This document shows, piece after piece, positions 1-10,063 of a stretch of DNA of 64,000 nt. Both the position numbers and the translations under genes were made by a program. Origin of the DNA: Nitrosopumilus sp. (GTDB lineage: Archaea; Thermoproteota; Nitrososphaeria; Nitrososphaerales; Nitrosopumilaceae); the NCBI GenBank assembly GCA_965205215.1, contig OZ242041.1, positions 672,001-736,000 on the forward strand, given 5' to 3'. Every line of letters begins with the position of its first letter. Positions within the stretch are counted from its first letter, which is position 1. The notes beneath the pieces were generated by a model. That model was given only the letters and a program-made list of their open reading frames with translations, made no database searches and was not told the DNA's origin.

Positions 1-1
1 G

Positions 2-334
2 CTGATCAAGGGCGCGCGCGACATCATCGCAATCCCGGGTACCGACGAGCACCCCCCATATCTCATAGACCTCAAGACAAGGCGCGCCTCCATAGTGGAT
101 GACCGCAAGACGGTCACGGTCCTCAGGGACGCGGACCCCGAGGGCGCCGGCGCCGCCATGACGTACCTGTTCCCGAGTGAGGCGGGCCGGTGGCTGGGGC
201 TCTCGGGCGGCAAGGGGGACGGTTCGGACGTGGAGATGATGCAGTTTGACGCCGCCGCGAACCTCGCGGAGTTTGCGCAAAAGCACCGCGATACGCGCGG
301 GGTAGTGTTCTACAGGAGGAGGGGGAGGGCCTGA
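2..334 (+). CDS. 5'-truncated hypothetical protein of the integrated element
   Basis: Frame open from base 2 (LIKGARDIIAIP...) to TGA at 332-334, which overlaps the next ATG (TGATG); no family recognised. Confidence 0.55.
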   Translation: MIKGARDIIAIPGTDEHPPYLIDLKTRRASIVDDRKTVTVLRDADPEGAGAAMTYLFPSEAGRWLGLSGGKGDGSDVEMMQFDAAANLAEFAQKHRDTRGVVFYRRRGRA

Positions 335-969
335 TGCCGCAATCCGGCGGCCGCGACGCCGCGTCAGTCATACGCGGGCTGTCCAGGCGCTCGCACTCTA
401 CGAGGGCCGTCAAGCTGGGGATGATGCGGGGCGGCATGCCGTGGCCCGTGGGCCCGAGGCGCATAGCCCACATGCACGCGGCCGTGCGCCGCCGCACGCG
501 GGTCGGCAGCATGGGGCCGGACGACATGAGGCGCATGGAAAACGCGGGACTGATACGATATTCGGGTGACGGCAGGCCTACAGTCACGCGGGTGGGCCGC
601 TGGTCGGCCACGGCGTCCGGGCTGGGCATATCGTTCCTTGAGATGTGTGTGCTGGCAAAGGTGTACGGGGTTGCGCGCAGTATGGAGGGCGCGGGGAGGG
701 GAGGGGCAGACGGGAGCCCGGCGCGCATAGTTACAATCCCCCTCAAGACCGTCCAGTACTTTTTTGAGGACTGGCCCGCCTACCCGGGACGCGTCCAGCA
801 CGCGCTGTCCCGTCTGCGCGGCCGCGGGCTGATCCCAAGGTCGCGCCCCCGGAGGGTCGCGTGCGACATGTCCCGGTTGGACGCCATACGCGCGGAGCTC
901 TCGGAGGTGGGCAGGTGGGTCGACGACACGGGGGAGGAGATACGCCGCGTACTCTTACATGGATACTGA
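334..969 (+). CDS. hypothetical protein, possibly winged-helix DNA-binding
   Basis: 211-aa ORF overlapping both neighbours; basic segments such as HALSRLRGRGLI resemble wHTH. Confidence 0.5.
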   Translation: MPQSGGRDAASVIRGLSRRSHSTRAVKLGMMRGGMPWPVGPRRIAHMHAAVRRRTRVGSMGPDDMRRMENAGLIRYSGDGRPTVTRVGRWSATASGLGISFLEMCVLAKVYGVARSMEGAGRGGADGSPARIVTIPLKTVQYFFEDWPAYPGRVQHALSRLRGRGLIPRSRPRRVACDMSRLDAIRAELSEVGRWVDDTGEEIRRVLLHGY

Positions 970-1648
970 GCTGATCCGGCTGCTCATGGTGCTGGGCGTG
1001 CTGGCGGCAAACTCGTACACGGACGTCAGGTACAGGACTGTGCTTGGGGGCGACCGCCACTATGCGCTGGTGGGCGGCGCCGGGCTGGTTTTGTTCCTGC
1101 TGGACGGCGGCTGGGCGGACGCGGGCGCCCTGTTCGGGATGGCGGCGGGTGTCACGCTCGCCCTAGTGCTGTACAGGTGCAGGGGGGCGGCCTTTGGGGA
1201 CTGCATAATACTGCTGGTCGTATCGGCCACCCTGCCCACAGCGTTTGGCGTGCCGTTTCTGCCCGTCCTAGCCGGCCTGCTCGGAATTACCATACTGGCA
1301 TTTGCGGTAATGGGATACAACGTGGCGCTGAACGCGTCGCATGCGGCCGGGCTGTACCGGCATCCGGCCGCGGGACGCCTGCCATTCTCCGCGTGCGGGG
1401 ACACAGGCACCCTCAAAAAGGCGGCCGCGTTCTTTGCGGCGCACCACCGGAGGAGGTGGGAGAGACACATGGTCCGCATTGACGACGGGCGTGGCGGTTT
1501 TTCGCTGCGCGCGACGCCCGTGGGCACGAGAATATGGAAAAAGGGCGACGGGGAGGGGCGGCCTGTGATGGTGGCCGCCCCCGTGGTACCGTTTCTGCTG
1601 GCGGGCCTGGTCCTGCTACTAACACTGCCTCCGGCGTTCTCGGCCTAG
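959..1648 (+). CDS. A24-family prepilin/preflagellin peptidase (PibD/FlaK-like)
   Basis: Multi-TM protein; N-terminal SYTDVRYRTV Asp, GAAFGD (GxGD-like) motif, C-terminal PVVPFLLAG. Confidence 0.8.
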   Translation: MDTELIRLLMVLGVLAANSYTDVRYRTVLGGDRHYALVGGAGLVLFLLDGGWADAGALFGMAAGVTLALVLYRCRGAAFGDCIILLVVSATLPTAFGVPFLPVLAGLLGITILAFAVMGYNVALNASHAAGLYRHPAAGRLPFSACGDTGTLKKAAAFFAAHHRRRWERHMVRIDDGRGGFSLRATPVGTRIWKKGDGEGRPVMVAAPVVPFLLAGLVLLLTLPPAFSA

Positions 1649-1722
1649 CCTCCCCCCATTCCTAGAAATCAATTGTAAGAACGTCTTCCACCGGGATCTC
1701 GGGGTTTTGGTCGATTTTCAGG

Positions 1723-2097
1723 CTATTCCGGCTGATCTAGATTCTCACTTTTTCTGATAAAGTATAGATTGAACATTTTGCGGAGAAGGCAACACCCGCG
1801 GTCGATTTTTTCTTGGTCGTAATCAGGTTCCAATATCAATACCTTGTATGTTCCCTTTTTCAAACCTACCCGTGGATTGTATTCGGAATCAATTCTAGGC
1901 CTGAGTATTACGGTGTACCCGTGAGGACCGTATTTGGAATTCAGGTCATCTTCATATGTCTCGCTGATGTCATGTGGATAGAATACGAAGCTTTTGGTGT
2001 CGGGGATTCCCCATAGCTGGGCATGCCATTCTATCCAGTTCGGTTTTTCTACACTATGTGATTTTTCAAGAATCTGGCTATAATTCAGTCCGTCCAT
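1723..2097 (-). CDS. AT-rich hypothetical protein
   Basis: 124-aa ORF in an AT-rich patch with TATA-like sequence upstream (~2122-2129). Confidence 0.55.
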   Translation of the reverse strand: MDGLNYSQILEKSHSVEKPNWIEWHAQLWGIPDTKSFVFYPHDISETYEDDLNSKYGPHGYTVILRPRIDSEYNPRVGLKKGTYKVLILEPDYDQEKIDRGCCLLRKMFNLYFIRKSENLDQPE

Positions 2098-2261
2098 TAA
2101 AACATCTTAACGAATCTCACCTTATATATCTACAATGGCCGGTAGTGTACACCCTCAAAAAAATTTGAAGAGGTGTAGCTTCTGTAGTTTATGGAAGAGG
2201 GCACGTCCCATGCAGACGGCCCCATCACATCCGCTTAAAAGCCGCACGGCGCACCGTACGC

Positions 2262-4112
2262 GTGGAGATCATACGAGAGCGCCTCTTTGGCGGGCCGCCC
2301 AAACGGGTATACGGGCACGCGTACTCGATAACCCCCACCAACTTCCGCATACTGCCGGAGGAAAAGAGGCGGCGCAGGCTCGCAGAGTTCTTTGAGATGC
2401 TCAAGATGCTGGAGCGCGCGGCCGTCATCACACTTGAGCGCGTTCCCATAACAGTCAGGGGGGAAGGGAGCCGGGCGGGCGGCACTAGGATGGACGTTCT
2501 GCGCGTCATGCTTGACTCGGCGGAGCCGCTTGACGACATACTGGAGAGATTGAACTTTTCATACACCATCGACGAGCCCCACAACGCGCCGGCGGTCACG
2601 GCGCAGGGGGTCCGGGACTTTGCGTGCGTCGTGGACGGCCTGCCCCTGTACGGGAGGGCGTACACCGTATATGGCGCCCCCGCGGTCCTGCCGCCCGCGT
2701 GGGTACACGACGTGTTCGGCACGTTCCACCGGCTCCAGATACACGTGGCGCCTATACGCCCCGACGACGCCCTGCGCAAGATGGAGAACCGCGAGCTGCT
2801 CTACAGCGGGGTGCGCACAAGCAGGGCAGATATCCAGAAAAAGCTCCGTGACATACGCGCCCTCAAGCGGGAGCTCGAACTGGGCAACACGTCGGCGTTC
2901 GCGTTTACTGTCAACGGGTTCGTGTTTGCCGCGTCCCGGAAAAAGCTCCGCGAACTGCACCGCACAGTCAAGCGCAACACGTCCGCGATGAACGTCAGGG
3001 TCACGACGTCGCTTGGCAGGCAAAAGCACATCGTCTCGGGCGGCGGGGCCTCGTGGCTGGGCGCCATACACAGCATGCACGTGCTCTACCCGTTCGTGTC
3101 ATCCGACATGCTCGAGGTCCCAAACGGCATCATGCTCGGCAGAAACCTCGACACGCAGGGCCCCGTCATATATGATGTCAACCTGCGCAAGAACCACAAC
3201 GTCTTCACAGCGGGGACCACGGGCTCCGGCAAGTCGTTTACAAACAAGATACTGCTAAAGCGGTTTCTCGAAAAGCGCCCGGACATCATGTGTATCGTGA
3301 TAGACCCGCAGGGCGAGTACGCGGAGCACGCAGAATACTTTGGGCTTGACAGGGTGGAGATGGCGCCCGGACAGGAGTACGGACTGGACCCGTTTGCCAT
3401 GCTCGGCTCCGCGGTGGAGGCGGCCGACCTGCTGGGGGCGGCCACCAACGCGCCAAACCAGACGAGGAGGGAGTGGAGGAGCATCTGCGATACCGTACAT
3501 TCCATAGACGGGCTGTACGAGGCGAGCTCCGAGGACTCGAAAAAATATCTGGCCGACCTGGTCCGCGGCGGCGTCTCCCGCGTATTTCGCGGCAGCCCCA
3601 GATTCTCGGACAGAATGGTGGTGTCGCTGAGGAATACTGACGGGCAGGAGTACGAGGGGCTGCTGATACTGCTGGTTTTGGCGTACGCGTGGAGGCGCGT
3701 AAACGAGCTGCCCGCCAAGCGGTGGAAGTTCGTCCTGCTTGACGAGGCGTGGCGCATGACCAAGATCAACCACAGCATACGAAAGATAGGCGAGATGGCG
3801 CGGCAGGGCCGCAAGCGCTCATTGATATTCGCCGTGTCCACGCAGCAGTTCTCCGACATGGACCGCGCGCTCGACGACGAGTCCCGGCTCACCGAGCTGT
3901 TCGACACCAAGGTAATAATGCAGATGTCGCAGTCGGCCGCGCGCGCCATGGGCGCGGCCTTGGGGCTGACCGGGGCGGAGATGGAGCGCGTCACGAACTT
4001 TCGGGCCGGGACGGGGCTGCTCCAGACAAGCGACAACGCCGTATACCTCAGGTTCGAGGCCACGGGCGACGAGGCAAAGCGGTACTTTAACACAAAGGCG
4101 GTGCAGGAGTGA
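2262..4112 (+). CDS. virB4: VirB4-like conjugal transfer ATPase
   Basis: Walker A GTTGSGKS, VIDPQGEY, Walker B LLDEAW, RQGRKR..STQ motif. Confidence 0.85.
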   Translation: MEIIRERLFGGPPKRVYGHAYSITPTNFRILPEEKRRRRLAEFFEMLKMLERAAVITLERVPITVRGEGSRAGGTRMDVLRVMLDSAEPLDDILERLNFSYTIDEPHNAPAVTAQGVRDFACVVDGLPLYGRAYTVYGAPAVLPPAWVHDVFGTFHRLQIHVAPIRPDDALRKMENRELLYSGVRTSRADIQKKLRDIRALKRELELGNTSAFAFTVNGFVFAASRKKLRELHRTVKRNTSAMNVRVTTSLGRQKHIVSGGGASWLGAIHSMHVLYPFVSSDMLEVPNGIMLGRNLDTQGPVIYDVNLRKNHNVFTAGTTGSGKSFTNKILLKRFLEKRPDIMCIVIDPQGEYAEHAEYFGLDRVEMAPGQEYGLDPFAMLGSAVEAADLLGAATNAPNQTRREWRSICDTVHSIDGLYEASSEDSKKYLADLVRGGVSRVFRGSPRFSDRMVVSLRNTDGQEYEGLLILLVLAYAWRRVNELPAKRWKFVLLDEAWRMTKINHSIRKIGEMARQGRKRSLIFAVSTQQFSDMDRALDDESRLTELFDTKVIMQMSQSAARAMGAALGLTGAEMERVTNFRAGTGLLQTSDNAVYLRFEATGDEAKRYFNTKAVQE

Positions 4113-4519
4113 CGCGGCAGGAGCGGCGCGCGGCATCCGGGATGATCGAGGTCCTGATCCTAGTCTCGGTGGCTGTCGTGGGCGCCGGCGCCCTTGCCGC
4201 GTGGTTCTCCGGATCGTACGACGTGCTGCAGGAAACAGGGTGCACCGCGTGGATGGATGCACACGAGATATCCGACGGCTCGTACTGGATCCAGGCTACC
4301 ATACGGAACACGGGCGACCACCCCATACGCGAGTACCACGTCATGGTGGGCGACGGCGACGCGCCGGCCGCGTCGTCCCATGCAGTCTGGGAGCCGGGCC
4401 AGACCGCGGTGCTGGAGTTCGTAGTGGCGGGCGCCGGCGACGGGTCACACCTGCTGCCTGCAAGGGTGACGGCCCGGGGCGGAGGGGGCAGCGCGCTCTG
4501 TGGGGTGGTCACGCCGTGA
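4109..4519 (+). CDS. archaeal type IV pilin-like protein
   Basis: Class III signal-like N-terminus RRAASGMIEVLILVSVAVVG followed by an Ig-like IRNTG strand. Confidence 0.7.
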   Translation: MTRQERRAASGMIEVLILVSVAVVGAGALAAWFSGSYDVLQETGCTAWMDAHEISDGSYWIQATIRNTGDHPIREYHVMVGDGDAPAASSHAVWEPGQTAVLEFVVAGAGDGSHLLPARVTARGGGGSALCGVVTP

Positions 4520-4914
4520 ACCAGATCATACAGTATGTTCTGATATTCGGCGTGGTCGGTGTCTTTTTTGCGGCGCTGTACCAGGGCGCTACGGACGACG
4601 TCGGGGACAGGATCGCGTCGTACGGCGACAGGCTCGACCTGTACAAGGCGCAGGCAGCAGAGCACCTCAGGCTGGTGGAGATTACGGATGCCGAGCCGGC
4701 CACGATAGACCTGGTAAATACCGGCGCAAGGGACGTCAGGATAAGGCACCTGTACGTGGACGGCGCCAGGGACGACGCGTACACGATCAGGGACGGGGAC
4801 GGGCCCGCCGACGGGCTGCGCGCGGGCAGCTTGGCGCGCGTCGTCTCGGCCCTTGACGGCGGCACGGTCTCCATTGTTACAGAGAGCGGCAGGGTCTTTA
4901 GGTTCGGCCAGTGA
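4516..4914 (+). CDS. pilin/archaellin-accessory-like membrane-anchored protein
   Basis: GTG start overlaps upstream stop (GTGA); N-terminal hydrophobic helix; LVNTG..VRIRHLYVDG motif typical of pilin/ArlF-G-like folds. Confidence 0.6.
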   Translation: MNQIIQYVLIFGVVGVFFAALYQGATDDVGDRIASYGDRLDLYKAQAAEHLRLVEITDAEPATIDLVNTGARDVRIRHLYVDGARDDAYTIRDGDGPADGLRAGSLARVVSALDGGTVSIVTESGRVFRFGQ

Positions 4915-5196
4915 CTATGATGATAGTGACGACGCGGCAGACATGATCTCTCCAAACATGGAGGCGCAGCTCTCGGAGGTCAGAGAAACCTGCACCAGTG
5001 AGTCCGCGTCACCGTTGTGAAAAAAGTTGAGCAGTACGGTGTCGTGCGACACCTGCTCTGCAAGCAGCAGATCGCGGAGGGTCACCTCAAAATGGCTTGC
5101 CGCGCCGCCGCCTCTGGCGCAGATAATCGTCCCGTTCTCGGCGACCTCCAGCTCGGCCCTCGTCTTTCCGTATATCTTGACCCTGTAGATGCCCAT
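4915..5196 (-). CDS. small hypothetical protein (93 aa)
   Basis: ATG at 5196 directly after the prgI-like stop; normal composition, unlike the upstream extension in the ORF track. Confidence 0.5.
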   Translation of the reverse strand: MGIYRVKIYGKTRAELEVAENGTIICARGGGAASHFEVTLRDLLLAEQVSHDTVLLNFFHNGDADSLVQVSLTSESCASMFGEIMSAASSLSS

Positions 5197-5201
5197 TCCA
5201 A

Positions 5202-5936
5202 TCACCTGTTGCTGCCGGTCCCGGCGCGGCGCACAAACCGCACCGTCCTGCGCAGTAGGACCGCGCCGCCCGCGTGCTCCCGTATGGCAAGGGTTCTGTA
5301 GCCCTCGCGCTCGGGCCTGACATGCAGCACAAGCGCGCCCTCCGCGGACGTCCGTAGCGCGTCTATCAGCTCGTCGTCCAAGTAGCACCTGACGAGCCTG
5401 TTGCCCAGCACGGAGCCGTCGCCGCCGTGTATGGTGACGCGTATGGACTTTAGCTCCTCCAGATCGGCGCACGAAATCTCTAGGACGCGCTCGGCCTTCT
5501 GCGCCACGTCCGTGTCAAGCCGCCGCGGGAACCCCAGCACCCTGGACTTTCTGCGCGTCCCCGCCCCGCCCCGCCCTTTGCGCATCTTGCGCATCAGGCC
5601 GCCGTAACCCGTCCTTTCCCGTAGGCGTGTAGCGAGCAGCGACAGCAGGGCGAGCAATACAACGTCCGCCGTCCCGTACGGCGTCTTTATGATGCCTAAC
5701 ACCGCGCCCGCCCCGAGCGGTAGGAGGGCCGCGCAGATCGGCGCCCAGTCCCGCGTTATCTCCATGTTGTCGGGCACCACGGCCCCGTAAAGCGCGGCGG
5801 ACGCCAGGCCAAAGACGCCCAGCACCGCCAAGTTGCGCAGCGACATGAACCCGAACGGGGTGGTCAGCGCGGGCTCCTCCCAGCCCGAATAGTCCCGGAA
5901 AATCAACACTTCGGAAGGCTCTGCCAACTTATGCAC
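5202..5936 (-). CDS. PrgI/VirB3-like conjugation membrane protein with C-terminal Ig-like domain
   Basis: IFRDYSGWEEP...PFGFMSLRNL followed by two TM helices, PrgI-like pattern; start GTG 5936 or TTG 5927. Confidence 0.6.
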   Translation of the reverse strand: MHKLAEPSEVLIFRDYSGWEEPALTTPFGFMSLRNLAVLGVFGLASAALYGAVVPDNMEITRDWAPICAALLPLGAGAVLGIIKTPYGTADVVLLALLSLLATRLRERTGYGGLMRKMRKGRGGAGTRRKSRVLGFPRRLDTDVAQKAERVLEISCADLEELKSIRVTIHGGDGSVLGNRLVRCYLDDELIDALRTSAEGALVLHVRPEREGYRTLAIREHAGGAVLLRRTVRFVRRAGTGSNR

Positions 5937-6101
5937 CCCACGCGTCCTTGCGGCATCCAAATCCGACCAGATACATCGCACGATGGCGCCCGGAAGGACC
6001 CGTCGCCCTCGCCTCAAGACACATACAAGTCACCACGTGTAATCGCGCGCGTTTTGTTTTAAGCCGGCCTTCTTGATATCTATTCTTACATGCGACACGA
6101 A
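5883..6101 (+). repeat. direct repeat copy 1 (prgI-like 5' end plus upstream region)
   Basis: About 82% identical by manual alignment to 29741-29957. Confidence 0.85.
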
Positions 6102-6209
6102 CGTATCAGTAAACCTAACAGAGTGCAGTAGTCAGGTCACCGACTTTCCAGAGGATCTCAGATCACCATAAATTGTCAGCCCCGTCAAGCGGGCACTTGG
6201 GAAGCTCTA

Positions 6210-6638
6210 CTATGGCGCATGCACGTCGGATTCGTATATGCTGTTCGGAAACATGGACGGAAACAGCCACTGTACGGTCCTGCTCACGGGGTCGGTGCAC
6301 TCCACGTGGTACGATCCGTAGAGAACCTTGGGTTCGGGGACGACGATCCCACCCTCGTTAATCCAGAACAGCAGGGCGCCAAGCGCGCTGTCCGGCGGAT
6401 CATTGACGACGATCACCTCGCTCTCCTCGAGGCTCGAGAAGACCTTCTTCAAGATCCTCGGGTTGCCGTCTTGATCTAAGGCAAAACGCAGAACGTCAGG
6501 CTTGATAGGAGAGTTGGTGGGCAGGGGAACCGTGTGCAGATAGTTCTGCATCACAAAACACTCCGTAGGCGTGAGCATCAGTACCAAAGCCGCAACGGCC
6601 ACCGCGCCTACGATTCCCAAGGGCAGGTATGAAATCAT
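6210..6638 (-). CDS. membrane-anchored hypothetical protein downstream of protease
   Basis: ATG overlaps protease stop (ATGA); N-terminal TM helix. Confidence 0.6.
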   Translation of the reverse strand: MISYLPLGIVGAVAVAALVLMLTPTECFVMQNYLHTVPLPTNSPIKPDVLRFALDQDGNPRILKKVFSSLEESEVIVVNDPPDSALGALLFWINEGGIVVPEPKVLYGSYHVECTDPVSRTVQWLFPSMFPNSIYESDVHAP

Positions 6639-8470
6639 TGCATATCTAGCGCCGGCTTTACGTTCTCCCACGGATTGAAGGCCTTGTAGTAATAGGAGTA
6701 GTTCACGTCATCGCACCAGATTGTCGAGGTCACGTTTATTGTACGCGACAGGTATTCTGACGGCGAGGTGAATACGCATACACCTCCCGAATGCAGGCCT
6801 ATCAGGTTGTGCGATCCGCTGGCATTGTGGTGAATTACCGGGGCGCCGCTGTCTCCCCTTATGCTATCATAGCTGGAAATTCCCATGTTGGTAAGCGTGT
6901 TCGTGCCAGACCCGAGAGTTGCATTCTTGTACCGTAGCCATCCGTCATCGTTGGTAAATGCGCCATAGATGTTCACCTTTGACCACCGAGGGACGTCCGA
7001 AAGATTCCCATATGTGACGTTCATCACGGTTCCGTTCAACATCTGGACCTTGTTGCCTATGATTATGTTCGGATCCTCGATCGGAACGAAAGCCACATCC
7101 GCATCAACAGTGTTATGCCGTGCATCAGGATTTCGGTTTAAAATCACATAATCGTTGCCCACGGTGTGGTTGTGAAACACCTACGTGGCAGGATCAAGTG
7201 CGACATTGTGTCCTGCAGTTATGATGCCTTTGACTCCGGTGCTGGCGTTTGTCGCTCCTATCGCCATCGTGCCTGTATACCCGTATGGTCCGCTTGAATC
7301 GGCCAAGAATATCGTATAGTTGTTTCCACCATAGAACTCCAGCACTCTGGATATCATCACGTCGTCTATCCCGACATCCTCAGATGACGAACTCATGTGC
7401 GCCACGAACCTCGCTTGGAACGAGTCCGATATGTACGGGGTGATGTCGAGCCTTTCAAAGTGCCACAGGCCGTCGTCGTCCCCAGAGTTTCCGGCCCATT
7501 CTGCCAGCCGGGCCCATGTTCCGTTGCCCGTAGTCACCTCGACCCGGAGGTATTCCCCGCTGTCAAGGGTCTGGTCGACGTACCTGTAGAACGAGAGCGC
7601 CGCGCGGCCTTCAGAGGAGAGGTCGACGGAGGCCCTGGTGGCGAGCACGCACTGCGTGGTGCACCTGTCGGCCGACGCAACGCTGTTGGTATCGTTGTAC
7701 CCCGGAGGATGGACATTATCGTCAAAACTGCCAGCCTCCCACTTGTATCTGCCGGAGTTGGTCCAGTTGCCCAGCCTGTCGGTCTCAAAGTCATCCAAAA
7801 AGACGGTGGTCGACAACGTGGCGTGGGCCGGTGCGGGGGCCGGCGCCGGTGCGGGCTCCGGTTCGGGCGCCGCGCCCGGGGGCTGCCACTCGTTGTCGGA
7901 GTCCAGCACGTAGTGGTTCTGGGTTGCCAGGTTGAAGAACAGCGCCTTGCACAGGCTGCTTGCGGTGGGCGAGTCGCACCTCGAGTCATACAGCGATATC
8001 CACGGGTCTGTCTGGGACTTGGGCGACGGCGACGTGTGGCCGTCCGGGACGAATACCCCGTACTTTACGTCCATCCTTTCCCCGCCGATCTCCAGAAGGG
8101 GCGCAATGTCGGCCTCGCTATAGTCAAATCCCAATGTCGGCAGTATCGAGTCGAGTATGACGTGCAGCTTTTCCTCATCCTCGTCAACGAACGTCATGGT
8201 GAACACGATGTCGCCTGCCCGGGAATAGTCGTGTTCTGAGTGATCGATCATGATGTCGGTAATGGTGCTGTGGGCCTCGTACAGCTCGCTTACGGTGCCG
8301 ACTGGCCCGACCGCGTCGTCCTCGGGGTTCAGGCCCCCGGACACTGCAGGCCCGCCCGCCCCGCCCCCGCCGGCCGTGCCCGCGTGTGAAGTGGAATCGG
8401 CGACCGTCGCGCGCAGCGCCATCGCAGCCACGGACACGAGAAGGACGGCCGGGGCGGCAAACAGCACCAC
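6635..8470 (-). pseudogene. secreted trypsin-like (S1) serine protease with jelly-roll (MAM/cleaved-adhesin-like) domain, interrupted by in-frame TAG at 7181-7183
   Basis: ORFs 7181-8470 and 6635-7180 are contiguous in one frame; triad TAGH / DADVA / GDSGAP is split by the stop. Confidence 0.8.
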
Positions 8471-8638
8471 TCTTGGACATCCCGGACTGCTGTCTTGTGA
8501 CGCGTATTAAACGTTGACAAGAACGGGTTGTATGGACTCACCTATGTTAACCCTCGTGCGTAGTTGGCGTGTCTGTGTCGTTGCACTTCCATTCCGTGCG
8601 TGATTGGGTGGCCGGCGGTTTATAGCTTACGCTGGGGG

Positions 8639-10023
8639 TAGTTAGTTGCGCAACCCTGCCTAGAATTTCGAGATACGCCACTTTTGTGAGCTGTTTTGTG
8701 CCCCCAAGTAGAATCTTCTTCACACCGCGTCTTATGTGTGCATGACGTGATGCCCCATCAGCGATCAAGAAGATGGGGCTAACACATCAGCAACAGCATG
8801 TGCTCTCGGAGCGCGAATTTAAGCGGATTGCCGCACCGGCCGGTCCCCGTGCCCGCCTGCGGGGGAGGGCGCGCGGTTGACCTGCGGGGACGGCGGGGCG
8901 ATGAAGCGGAAGCGGAGGTCGCGGCCCGGGATGCCGCACGCGCAGAACGACGCCAGGTACGTGGCGACGGGGCGCGCGCTGGCGCTCGTCACAAGCCCGG
9001 ATGCGGGGGCGGAGCTGAGGCGTATGAACAGGGGGAAGAACGGCCGCCCGTACAAGTATCCGGAATCGCTCATAATGACGCTGGCGGGGTTCAGGAGCTA
9101 CTGCAGGCTCTCGTTTCGCGTATGCGAGGGATTTGCAGGGGGGCAGCTGGGCGGGGGGAGCGTGCCGCACTTTACCCAGATATGGAGGAGGATGAACGCG
9201 CTCGACGTCTCGGTCGGGGCCCGCGCCGTGTCGGTGCGCGGCAGGAACGGCGTGCTGAACCTGTCCATAGACGGCACCGGAATGAGCCCCAGCGGGCGCA
9301 GCGAGTACATCCGGTTCAGGCACAGGGTGGAGCACGGGTTCATCAGGTTCGTCATGGTGGTGGATACGGACACTAGGGAGATCCTCTCGTTCAGCATAAC
9401 GGACGAGACCACCGGCGAGGCGCCGCAGTTCAGGGATCTCACGCTCGAGGCCCTGGAGAACGCCGGGGTCGGCGCGGGCGCGGCAGGCCGGGTGGGGCGG
9501 GGGCCGGGGCCGGGGGCCACACCACGCGGCGGAGGGCCCGAGATAGTGATGAGGGCCGACGGCGGGTTCGACTCGCGCCCCATATTCGCATTCTGCGACA
9601 GGCTCGGGATCATACCGTACATCAGGGTGGGCATAAGCTCGGCCACGCGCTCGCGCGGCGTAAACAGGGCCAGGACCCGCGCCGTCCTCGACCAGCTCGG
9701 GGGAGGCATGCGCGATCCCCGGGAATTTGCAGAACTGACCAGGGACGAGAAGGAGGCAAACCGCAAAAAGTGGAAGAAGAGGGTCGGTTACGGCAAAAGA
9801 TGGCTGGTTGAGATTGTGATCTCGTCGTTCAAGAGGCTGTTCGGGGACTCCGTGCGTGCGGTACGCTGGAAGTACATCGCGCGGGAGATGACGCTCAAGG
9901 TGAACCTCTACAACATGATGCTGAGGGTCCAGAGGGAGGCAATGGCAGTGACATAGGGACAGTGCACCTGAACGCAATCATGGGATATGGGCATGCGGGA
10001 TGAGGGAGTTGCGCAACTAACTA
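8639..10023 (+). mobile_element. IS5-family element copy 1 (1385 bp)
   Basis: 16-bp TIR TAGTTAGTTGCGCAAC; 8-bp TSD GCTGGGGG at 8631-8638 and 10024-10031. Confidence 0.92.
8877..9956 (+). CDS. IS5-family DDE transposase
   Basis: GRPYKYP, SIDGTG, ADGGFDS, GYGKRWLVEIVISSFKRLFG motifs; start may be ATG 8901. Confidence 0.9.
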   Translation: MTCGDGGAMKRKRRSRPGMPHAQNDARYVATGRALALVTSPDAGAELRRMNRGKNGRPYKYPESLIMTLAGFRSYCRLSFRVCEGFAGGQLGGGSVPHFTQIWRRMNALDVSVGARAVSVRGRNGVLNLSIDGTGMSPSGRSEYIRFRHRVEHGFIRFVMVVDTDTREILSFSITDETTGEAPQFRDLTLEALENAGVGAGAAGRVGRGPGPGATPRGGGPEIVMRADGGFDSRPIFAFCDRLGIIPYIRVGISSATRSRGVNRARTRAVLDQLGGGMRDPREFAELTRDEKEANRKKWKKRVGYGKRWLVEIVISSFKRLFGDSVRAVRWKYIAREMTLKVNLYNMMLRVQREAMAVT

Positions 10024-10063
10024 GCTGGGGGTGGCAGCTGCCAAGACCGGGCATCCCGTAGGA

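Noticed and set aside
7181-7183. Pyrrolysine recoding of the amber codon
   Set aside because: No pyl genes in the window, and TAG is an ordinary stop in several core genes here (hisB, hisI, tiaS)
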